64,000 nucleotides of DNA, taken from positions 15,618 to 79,617 of IMG/VR virus record IMGVR_UViG_3300025096_000009; one strand, written 5' to 3'. The translations under genes and the position numbers were made by a program. Numbering within the stretch: the first letter of the stretch is position 1; every line of letters begins with the position of its first letter. The DNA comes from a virus. Positions 55,813-63,446 of this stretch are shown piece by piece. Below the pieces are notes generated by a model that was not told where the DNA came from, ran no database searches, and saw nothing but the letters and a program-made list of their open reading frames with translations.

Positions 55813-57237
55813 TTAGAGATATCCCTGCCAGCTATTGGATCCGGATTGTCCTCTACTGCTACCTTTATCTGTATTTAAGAATGAATAGTCACCTGTTAAA
55901 AGAGCCTGTCTTTCTGCATCACTTGAGAGTCCACTTGTATTAGATCCTCCAGGAACATTACTACGGCGTTCAGGTCTATTAGAACTTCCATATTGACTTG
56001 GTCTACCTTCATTAGGACTACCACCAAAGGTAGATCTACGTCTGCCAGTTCTTTCTCTACCTAAGGATCTACCTCTTTCGTCAAAACGACTTCTTAAGGT
56101 GTCATATTCGCCACCTCTTGTGTCATATCGACCTTGTAGTTCGCCATATTTACCTTGGAGATTGCCATAATCTGCATAGGTTTTATCATATTTACTTTGT
56201 AGTTCTCCATGTCTACCTCTTAGAGCATCAAATCTGGTACTTCTTTCGTCATACCGACCTTGTAGTTTTCCATGTCTACCCCTTAGATCATCTAATCTGG
56301 TACCTCTGTCTTGATACTGACCTTGGAGATCATCATATCTGGTACCTCTTTCTTTGTACTGACCTTGTAGGTCGCCATATTGACTTTGTAGGTCACCATA
56401 TTTGGTTGATTGGGTATCATATTGTCCCTGCAAGGTTCCATACTTTTTGTTGAACTCTTCTTGTGTTGCTGCTGCCTTCTTGTCGGCTTCACTTTGCCAC
56501 GTTCCTTTAGCTGTATCTAACCTGGTGCCATACCGTTTTTCAGCTTGATCATGCCAACCAGTTCTAGCTTCGCCTAAACGTGCATCATACCTAGCATCAG
56601 CTGCTGTTCTCCATTCACCTCTGGCAGTTTTTAGTCTGTCATCATAGAGATTACGCTGTTCGTTGATGTATTCAGCTTTTCTCTGTCCTTCTTGTGCAGT
56701 CCAGAGGTCTCTTTGACCAGCTAAGCGTGTATCATATTTGGCTTCACGCTCAGTGTGCCATCCTTTCTTTAGCTCATCTACTTCTTTTTGAGTATATGTT
56801 TTTGGAGGAGGAGGAGGAGGTGAACCGCCGCCGCCTTTATTATGTAGTAGTACTAGTTCATCACTTAAGACATAAGTATGAGCACCATTAACGGTTAATT
56901 CAATAGATTCCCCTGTACCAAGCTTTTCAGAACCCTCAACTTCTACTTCACCTTCTAATTTAGATATCTTATCTCCTTTTTTGAGGTCAGTTGCCTTTAA
57001 CCAGCTGCTTTTTGCAGGTGAATAAAATACATCTTCTTCTGAACAATTAAATGTCTTACCTGATAGCTTAAGAGCTAATAAGGGAGATTCAATAACTCTT
57101 ACGTAAGTTACCTCATGTTCACCACGTTCAAGAGTATGCTGATGGAGAGTATCTAGCTTATCTCCTACTTCTATTTCTCTAGCAGGTTTAGTTGTTCCTC
57201 CTGCTAAGAGGATTTCCATATCAGGTATGTGACCCAT
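55813..57237 (-). CDS. Hint-domain (intein-like) autoprocessing protein fused to a repeat coiled coil
   Basis: 'EILLAGG..KPAREIEVGD', 'WLKATDLKKGD', 'ELTVNGAHTYV...LLHN|K'; then polyPro, 19-aa repeats and about 18 heptads. Confidence 0.8.
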   Translation of the reverse strand: MGHIPDMEILLAGGTTKPAREIEVGDKLDTLHQHTLERGEHEVTYVRVIESPLLALKLSGKTFNCSEEDVFYSPAKSSWLKATDLKKGDKISKLEGEVEVEGSEKLGTGESIELTVNGAHTYVLSDELVLLHNKGGGGSPPPPPPKTYTQKEVDELKKGWHTEREAKYDTRLAGQRDLWTAQEGQRKAEYINEQRNLYDDRLKTARGEWRTAADARYDARLGEARTGWHDQAEKRYGTRLDTAKGTWQSEADKKAAATQEEFNKKYGTLQGQYDTQSTKYGDLQSQYGDLQGQYKERGTRYDDLQGQYQDRGTRLDDLRGRHGKLQGRYDERSTRFDALRGRHGELQSKYDKTYADYGNLQGKYGELQGRYDTRGGEYDTLRSRFDERGRSLGRERTGRRRSTFGGSPNEGRPSQYGSSNRPERRSNVPGGSNTSGLSSDAERQALLTGDYSFLNTDKGSSRGQSGSNSWQGYL

Positions 57238-57292
57238 GGTCTTACTTAAGGTTATTGTCTTTATCGATTCTATCGGTACTAATTATTTAGGT

Positions 57293-57997
57293 TTAGCGTC
57301 TATTCAAAATTGCCATCATTAAGTCTCTGCCTAAGCTTCGGGTAGGAGATGTATTTACACCTCTTCTAGTTCTAGTGCTTCTTTCTCTTCTCTGTCCAGG
57401 ACCTCTTTGATAACGATCATCGGTTCGATCTCCATCACTATCAATGAAATCTGCAGTACCAATGGTTCCAGGCTCCCAGTCTATTCTTTCACCCCATCGT
57501 CCTTCACTTGGACTACTACGTATTGGTTGAATAGTTACTTCTCTTTCTTTTGGCATTTCAGTTTCACGCCAATCTCCATAGACAGGTTGAATACTTACTT
57601 CTTTTTCTTTTCTAGGTAGTTGTCTTTCACGCCAATCTACCCCTTCTTTCTTTGCTTGATCTGCAAGTTCTCTAGCTCTTTCTCTACGCTGTTCTTTTTC
57701 TGTAGCCATATACTGATAGTCTCTTTGACCTTGTTTAAAGCCAGGTTTATCGGGTTTCCATGCATCGGGTTTCCAGTCTCCTTCTCTTGGTAGAGTTACT
57801 ACTACGTCTGATCCACCCCAATCATCTCTATCCCATGGACGAACATACTCTTGAGGAACATAATCTGAACGTCCTAGATCCCATTCAATATCATCATGGA
57901 TAGATGGTTTTTTATCAGATATTAATCTAGGCATGCCTCCTGTCAACGAGTCAGGCTCATAAATACTTAGATCAGTTCCAGGCGCGAATCTTGACAT
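57293..57997 (-). CDS. Disordered R/D/E/W-rich protein with short repeats
   Basis: EV(S/T)IQP twice, WKPD repeats, DSDGDRTDD. Confidence 0.55.
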   Translation of the reverse strand: MSRFAPGTDLSIYEPDSLTGGMPRLISDKKPSIHDDIEWDLGRSDYVPQEYVRPWDRDDWGGSDVVVTLPREGDWKPDAWKPDKPGFKQGQRDYQYMATEKEQRRERARELADQAKKEGVDWRERQLPRKEKEVSIQPVYGDWRETEMPKEREVTIQPIRSSPSEGRWGERIDWEPGTIGTADFIDSDGDRTDDRYQRGPGQRRERSTRTRRGVNTSPTRSLGRDLMMAILNRR

Positions 57998-58075
57998 TAC
58001 TTCTATTAATAACTATTCAATCTATTCTATCTTCCTTATATATAGTCTTTGACAGTGGCGCAAACACGTGGTTTA

Positions 58076-58297
58076 TTATTTTAAGACGAGTATTAAACCT
58101 CTAATAAACATTGCAGCGAATACTACATAGTAGGTCCACATGATCCACATACCTATTTTGTTGTGGCGTGAACCTTTGACGTAATTAACTTCGACGTTAT
58201 TATCCCAACCTTTGACCATATAGTCATCAGTTGTTATTTTTCTCTTTGGTTTTCTTTCCCAAGGGCGTGGTTCTGAAAGGTTTAACCAATCCTTCAT
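58076..58297 (-). CDS. Small C-terminal TM protein
   Basis: 'GSRHNKIGMWIMWTYY'. Confidence 0.55.
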   Translation of the reverse strand: MKDWLNLSEPRPWERKPKRKITTDDYMVKGWDNNVEVNYVKGSRHNKIGMWIMWTYYVVFAAMFIRGLILVLK

Positions 58298-58635
58298 TTT
58301 TTAGCTTGTGCTTGATCTACCCATGTTTTAGCTGATTTACCTAGCTCTTTGGTTTTATCAATGGCTTTTGTAATATACGGACTAGCTTCTTCAGCTATCC
58401 ATTGGCAGTCTTGTAGAAATTCTGAGAAGTGTAGGGTGTGTACTTTCCACCTGGTTTTAGCATCTGCAACATAGTCCTTAAGAGGAATTACTTTAATCTT
58501 CTTAGGAGGTGCAATTTTAATTTTGAAATCGTCAGTCATTGTTTCGGAGGGCTGTGAGAGTTTGTTTAAGAAGGCGTCAGTTCTAGCCCTAGGGCTTAGT
58601 GTAGCTTCAATAGCCATAGCCGGTTCCATCATCAT
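58294..58635 (-). CDS. Hypothetical protein
   Basis: ORF; RTDAFLNKL. Confidence 0.5.
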   Translation of the reverse strand: MMMEPAMAIEATLSPRARTDAFLNKLSQPSETMTDDFKIKIAPPKKIKVIPLKDYVADAKTRWKVHTLHFSEFLQDCQWIAEEASPYITKAIDKTKELGKSAKTWVDQAQAKK

Positions 58636-58691
58636 CTTCGCCTAATATTAATACCCAAAGCCAAATTAAGCCAAGGATTAACATAATTGAT

Positions 58692-58889
58692 TCAAAGATT
58701 GGAGTCGGCATCATTGATAATCTTTACTTTGTAGATAGTAGTTTTCGCAGCTTTCTTTGCGAATGAAAGGTCAATCCTTTTCTTTAACCAATATAAGAAT
58801 GTCAGGACAAGGATAAATTGAATACCCTCTCCCCAGGACATGTCCCATGCGTCTACAAGATCGAGACTAGCTGCTGCAAATAAGTGCAT
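58692..58889 (-). CDS. Small TM protein
   Basis: 'LVDAWDMSWGEGIQFILVL..LYWLK'. Confidence 0.55.
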   Translation of the reverse strand: MHLFAAASLDLVDAWDMSWGEGIQFILVLTFLYWLKKRIDLSFAKKAAKTTIYKVKIINDADSNL

Positions 58890-59095
58890 TAGAGATAAGC
58901 CTTAGATATGTTCGTGGCAAATCCTACAACTGTTACACCTGCTGCTAAGACCGCAGCTGCTCCTATTACCCATTTTTCTACAACTTTTAATCGTTCTCGG
59001 AGTTCTTCTTGTTTCTCCTCCAGACGTTCTACTTTATTTTGAAGGAGGACAATTCTGACCTCCTGTCTGGTATCAAGACTTAGTTCGTCGCTCAT
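58889..59095 (-). CDS. Coiled coil plus TM small protein
   Basis: 'RLKVVEKWVIGAAAVLAAG'. Confidence 0.6.
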   Translation of the reverse strand: MSDELSLDTRQEVRIVLLQNKVERLEEKQEELRERLKVVEKWVIGAAAVLAAGVTVVGFATNISKAYL

Positions 59096-59316
59096 TGTAC
59101 ATATTGATCGACGGTATCTACTTCACGATTCCTAATTGCCTTAGCTACTTGTTCGAATAGCTGATCATCAATGTCAGTTTTAGTTGACTTGACTGCTTTA
59201 GCTAAGACTACTAAACAGATTTCAATTAATCTTTCTCCAATATCTGAGTCATCGGGTATTGCTTTCACTGCATCCTTGATGATTTTTGATGCAAATGGTA
59301 GGAACGATTTAAACAT
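59092..59316 (-). CDS. Conserved cyanophage small protein
   Basis: 'LAKAVKSTKTDIDDQLFEQV'. Confidence 0.6.
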   Translation of the reverse strand: MFKSFLPFASKIIKDAVKAIPDDSDIGERLIEICLVVLAKAVKSTKTDIDDQLFEQVAKAIRNREVDTVDQYVQ

Positions 59317-59396
59317 TGATAAGAGTACTGACTAGTTGTCGATACTTTATAGGGTGTCAACTTTAACTATATTTTCTAATTCTAAAATAAGAGTTA

Positions 59397-60440
59397 TTGA
59401 TTATTAATGTTGTGAATACTGACGAGTTTTTAGATAAATTTAAAAATTCTCTTGCAGAGGAGATAGCAGGTTTTGGTGCTAAGGAAGGAGAAAGAAGGTT
59501 TGTTAAACACTTTAGTAATGATGAACGAGTTCAAAATATTGATGAAGATGAATTAGGTGGTTCTCTTTCAGGTTTAACAAAAGAAGAATATACTCCTATA
59601 AGAAATAAGGTATTTGATACAGCGTTTGGTACAGGTTTTTCTGAACAGTATGATCGACATCCTCTTGTTGGACAAGGAGGCTTTGGTACAGTTTTTGAAA
59701 AACCTGGTGATCCTAGGCGTGTTTTAAAAGTTCAACGATTAGATCAGGATACTGATAGAGCCAAAGCAGACTATGAAGTTGAAAGGCAAATGGAAGCAGC
59801 AGAGTTTGGTTTAGCACCTCGTGTTCATGCTGTTGAAACTGCTCCTAGTTCTTATCAGCATCGTAACTCAAATTGGAAGGCTAATTTACACACTATTGAG
59901 ATGGATAAAGTACCTACAGAAAATATAGAACGTGGTAATCGTGAACAAGCTTTAGCTCTTGCAAAATCTAGATTAAAGTTAGCTAGTAAGACTGGTATTG
60001 TTCATGATGATTTAAATACTCCTTATGGTAAGAGAGAAGATCATATGTCTTATGACCCAGTTACTAAAACAATGAGTTTTATTGATTATGGAAAGACAGA
60101 AAAATATGATCATGCTCAAGATTTACATGACCATGATAAATATGGCCGAGAATTTAATAAAGCTACTGGTAGAGCAGAACACTTTTTAGATCATAAAGTT
60201 GATGCTATTTATGACGGTATGCAAGCAGTTGGTAATCAGGAAGAGGCAACTATTTTTTATGAGACATATAAAGATTTAAAAAATACAGATTTAAGGTCTG
60301 CTAGTGATCTAGTAGATCAAGGGGAATCTTTAATAAATAGACATAGTATGGCTGATACAGTTTTAACTAAGGTCGATAAGAGAGGCCATAAGTACGAAAT
60401 TAATAATCCTACTGCGTCCGATGTTTTGAGAGACTTTTGA
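59397..60440 (+). CDS. Protein-kinase-like fold protein (probable GTG start 59412)
   Basis: GQGGFGTVF P-loop, VLKV, EVE, GLAPRV, IEM, GIVHDDL, FIDYG. Confidence 0.8.
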   Translation: MIINVVNTDEFLDKFKNSLAEEIAGFGAKEGERRFVKHFSNDERVQNIDEDELGGSLSGLTKEEYTPIRNKVFDTAFGTGFSEQYDRHPLVGQGGFGTVFEKPGDPRRVLKVQRLDQDTDRAKADYEVERQMEAAEFGLAPRVHAVETAPSSYQHRNSNWKANLHTIEMDKVPTENIERGNREQALALAKSRLKLASKTGIVHDDLNTPYGKREDHMSYDPVTKTMSFIDYGKTEKYDHAQDLHDHDKYGREFNKATGRAEHFLDHKVDAIYDGMQAVGNQEEATIFYETYKDLKNTDLRSASDLVDQGESLINRHSMADTVLTKVDKRGHKYEINNPTASDVLRDF

Positions 60441-60502
60441 GTTTATCTTAAGTTTTACTTACCCTGAAAAACGAAAGTAAAATGCCCAAAACGAAAGTAA
60501 AT

Positions 60503-60727
60503 TTACTTAGTATGTTTGTACCAAGGATGGATATATTCACCTCTTGTTGTTTCTTCTCCTCTTTTGCCACTTATTGACCATGTTCTGAACCAATCAGCAT
60601 CACTTTTTAAGATACTTGGATCTGCTTTATTGATAGCTTCTTGTAGCTCCATCATACTGGCGCAATGATAAGGACATCCTGGATCAAAGTGTTCGAAGAA
60701 GTCTCTAATTACTAGGTCATATTTCAT
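60503..60727 (-). CDS. Stand-alone copy of a cyanophage endolysin-associated helical domain
   Basis: IRDFFEHF...H.ASMMELQEAINKADPSIL..DADWFRTW. Confidence 0.5.
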   Translation of the reverse strand: MKYDLVIRDFFEHFDPGCPYHCASMMELQEAINKADPSILKSDADWFRTWSISGKRGEETTRGEYIHPWYKHTK

Positions 60728-60909
60728 TTGCTTTTTAATTCAAGCCGATGATCTTCGTGCATCTTTTCTAACTGTTGAAAAATAACATTTAGATCTTCAC
60801 AGATGCTCTTTGTTGAGGTTCCTAATGTACAAAGATCTCTTTGCATTAGTGCAATTTTCTCTTTGCAATCTAATAAGACTCGGCATTGAATAGTTGAAGG
60901 TTCGTACAT
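60724..60909 (-). CDS. Hypothetical protein
   Basis: Coupled ORF. Confidence 0.5.
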   Translation of the reverse strand: MYEPSTIQCRVLLDCKEKIALMQRDLCTLGTSTKSICEDLNVIFQQLEKMHEDHRLELKSK

Positions 60910-61238
60910 TAATCGAGGTGTTTCCAGACTTTTCTGGACTTTATTGCTTGGATGTAGCCAACATCAATGTCATGCTTTTCTGCTAGTGCCACCCGCGTTA
61001 GTTTATCAGGATTATTTCTTATATCTCTTACTTGATCTGCTCTTAATTTTGAATGCTTTGGTATTCCTAATTCTGAGTTGTATTTAACAACGTGTTCTTC
61101 TGTTTTAAAACTCTCTCCGCACTCTAAACATCTTCGATAACGAGTTACATGATCTGTACGATGATCAACACTTACGATCTTTGCACTTCGTTTTTTACAG
61201 TTAGGACATTTGAAACTGGCATGAGGGCTATTAGCCAT
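60909..61238 (-). CDS. NrdR-like Zn ribbon plus HTH protein
   Basis: KCPNC...RYRRCLECGESFKTEE; KLRADQVRDIR...LAEKHDI...KVWKHL. Confidence 0.75.
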   Translation of the reverse strand: MANSPHASFKCPNCKKRSAKIVSVDHRTDHVTRYRRCLECGESFKTEEHVVKYNSELGIPKHSKLRADQVRDIRNNPDKLTRVALAEKHDIDVGYIQAIKSRKVWKHLD

Positions 61239-61539
61239 TAGTTTTTACTGTTGAGTCGTTTTGATTATAGTCTTTTTCCCATTTGAGTTGATTTTGTCTG
61301 ATTGGATCGGTATGTGTGTTGCCATCCCATAGAACGTCATAGACAAAATGTCTTTTACCTCCTTTATCTCTACAGATCTTCTTATCGGTATATCCATTAC
61401 TCATTAATATTCCTCTTCTTACTTTGTACGTCTTCTTATCCTTCTTAAAAGATTGGCTTGATGTTGTCAATGGAATGTGATTTCTATGTACAACTCGGTC
61501 GCCTTTTGTGTAGTTAGGTTTTTTTGGAGGATTAGCCAT
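61231..61539 (-). CDS. Basic SH3-like hypothetical protein
   Basis: 'YTKGDRVV','YDVLWD'. Confidence 0.5.
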   Translation of the reverse strand: MANPPKKPNYTKGDRVVHRNHIPLTTSSQSFKKDKKTYKVRRGILMSNGYTDKKICRDKGGKRHFVYDVLWDGNTHTDPIRQNQLKWEKDYNQNDSTVKTNG

Positions 61540-61561
61540 GGTGTAAAAGAGAGATGTTTGT

Positions 61562-61755
61562 GGGGGCTTACGAGTACATGCTTAGTGTCAACCTATGATG
61601 GACGCTTACTTAACGCCCTTGAGACCGCTGACACTCTTCGATGAGAACCCATTTACTTAGAGATTGAAAGCTCGAAAAATTACCAGTTAGTCCGACCAGT
61701 AAAAATTCTTTCTCTAGGGCAGCATGATACGGAAAGGTCTTTTCCACTCCGCCCC
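61562..61755 (-). ncRNA. About 195-nt multi-stem pseudoknotted RNA, possibly the manA motif
   Basis: Closing GGGGC/GCCCC; CATGCT/AGCATG; AGTGTCAGC/GTTGACACT; GGGCGTT/AGCGTCC; loop AGACC pairs with GGTCT; G-U pairs favour the minus strand. Confidence 0.65.
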
Positions 61756-61759
61756 TTGT

Positions 61760-62335
61760 TTAAAATGGAATGTCGTCTTTAGGATCTAGCTTGGGAAGAC
61801 CTGTTATGTCAAGTCCCTTCTTTTCCCATTCCTTGATTTCTTCTTCAGTAGCATTGGTTGTCCATCCAGTCCCTATAGATTCTTTAGGGATCTTTCCTTT
61901 ACGTGGCTTAAGTGCTTCATCAACATATTCAATAGCTGATTTACACATGTGCTCACTTAATTTTTTATCCCAACAACCTCCTGGATCGATAGTTCTAGAC
62001 ATATCAATATGCTTTAGACGAGTTTTATCAATACTCGCTACAGCAGTCCAATCTTCTTTATCGATGGCCCGTAGGCGATCATCTTTAAGATCATTTAATA
62101 AGGAGAAGTACTCGCAGTTGATTGCATCAGCTACTGTTTCTCCTTCATCATATTGATCCTGTAGGAAGAGTTTTCTACCTTCTCTGGCGTAAGTTCTACA
62201 TTGTTGAGCTGACTTCTCAGTCAAATCGATTAGATAGCTAACTATTTTACTGTTAGGCCAAGATGCAGCAATTAGATCTCGTGCTATCTCACAGCGTTTA
62301 TTAAACTCTGTGTCTGTTGCTCGTTCATTTGTCAT
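61760..62335 (-). CDS. HTH-type protein with SSB-like DDIPF tail
   Basis: 'ARDLIAASWPNSKIVSYL...SAQQCRTYAREGR'; ends PKDDIPF. Confidence 0.55.
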   Translation of the reverse strand: MTNERATDTEFNKRCEIARDLIAASWPNSKIVSYLIDLTEKSAQQCRTYAREGRKLFLQDQYDEGETVADAINCEYFSLLNDLKDDRLRAIDKEDWTAVASIDKTRLKHIDMSRTIDPGGCWDKKLSEHMCKSAIEYVDEALKPRKGKIPKESIGTGWTTNATEEEIKEWEKKGLDITGLPKLDPKDDIPF

Positions 62336-62699
62336 CAGTTTTCTCCTGATTGATTAGTGAGTTTCGGAAGTCATCTAGTTTGCCACTTTCAGTGAATGCA
62401 TAGAAAGAGCGTGGTAGTTGTTCTAGGTATTTGAGAGCGTTCGCATGCGTCATATCATATTCGTTATAGAAGCCAGACTTAGGGTCTTTAAGTTCATTAA
62501 TTACTCTTACTTTGTCCTCAGTGCAGCAGAGCATTATTGATTCACCTTCTCTTACGAAGGGATCATTTACATGAAGGTAGAAGTGTGGTTCCCCTTCTCC
62601 AATAGCTTGTGAGCCATTTAGCTTGTCATCATATTGAAGGTATGGAATCCATGTCTTCTCTAGAGAAGGGATAGTTTTCATCCAGTCAGTTCTATTCAT
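62325..62699 (-). CDS. Hypothetical protein
   Basis: Coupled ORF. Confidence 0.55.
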   Translation of the reverse strand: MNRTDWMKTIPSLEKTWIPYLQYDDKLNGSQAIGEGEPHFYLHVNDPFVREGESIMLCCTEDKVRVINELKDPKSGFYNEYDMTHANALKYLEQLPRSFYAFTESGKLDDFRNSLINQEKTDDK

Positions 62700-63148
62700 T
62701 AAGCTGCCTCCTTTTTCTGCTTCTTGTCATATTCTTTACCTAGTCTTTCTTCATCACTAGCTCTTCTCATTATTGTTAGTGAATCTTCAAAACTATGGCT
62801 GTCTATAGCAGCTTGAAGATTTGCTATCTCGATAGACAAAGAAATCGAAGTTTTTCTTAGAGCTTCTATTCCATCATCAAAGATTTCAGAACATACTTGC
62901 TCTGTCTCAAACCAGCCAGTGAGTCCTTCTAGTTCCTCTGAATAATCTCCTCCTTTACATTCCCACTTCATTTTCTGATGCGTGAGAAAATGCTCAGAAA
63001 CGTAAAGAGAATTAGTTCTCGATAACTTTTTATCAATTTCTGAATTTAATCTGCTGATGCGATCCATATTTGCGTGGTGTACTTTCACAGCTTTGTCATG
63101 CTGCTCTTGTACCCACTTTTCTTTTGCAGTTGGATTGTTGTTAGGCAT
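62699..63148 (-). CDS. Hypothetical coiled-coil protein
   Basis: Coupled ORF. Confidence 0.55.
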   Translation of the reverse strand: MPNNNPTAKEKWVQEQHDKAVKVHHANMDRISRLNSEIDKKLSRTNSLYVSEHFLTHQKMKWECKGGDYSEELEGLTGWFETEQVCSEIFDDGIEALRKTSISLSIEIANLQAAIDSHSFEDSLTIMRRASDEERLGKEYDKKQKKEAA

Positions 63149-63173
63149 TGGTCTGTGTGGTAAAGGTGTGTGT

Positions 63174-63446
63174 TTAAGAAATGGTCAGAGGTGGTGGAAT
63201 CTCTGGGGTGAAAGTCCAAGCTATGTAGCCATGCTCAGAAGATCGTCTTGCCTTTTCTAATGGAAAGACATACCAGCCAGTGTCTTCATGGAAGCATAGA
63301 ATTTTTCCATGCTTGTCAGTATGATCTTCTGTCGGTAGTCCATCTGCTAGGTAGAAGATGTTTTCTCCAAGGATCACGTTTGTCTTTAATGTGTCCATTA
63401 CTCCATCTACGTGAATAGCTCCGAATGGATCTCTTGTGTTAGACAT
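63174..63446 (-). CDS. Hypothetical protein
   Basis: 'LPTEDHTDKHGKILCF'. Confidence 0.5.
   Translation of the reverse strand: MSNTRDPFGAIHVDGVMDTLKTNVILGENIFYLADGLPTEDHTDKHGKILCFHEDTGWYVFPLEKARRSSEHGYIAWTFTPEIPPPLTIS

Noticed and set aside
55813-57237. Canonical splicing intein
   Set aside because: No N-extein, no N-terminal Cys/Ser, the +1 residue is Lys, and there is no endonuclease domain
61562-61755. tmRNA or tRNA
   Set aside because: It starts GGGGC but has no T-arm (GTTCRA), cloverleaf or tag reading frame; no tRNA was recognised anywhere in the window
425-63260. Shadow ORFs in the track (e.g. 425, 1237, 3802, 10834, 11163, 14349, 34611, 39089, 43953, 47788, 51453, 56118, 61770, 63057)
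   Set aside because: They lie antisense or out of frame within well-supported genes and show no recognisable motifs
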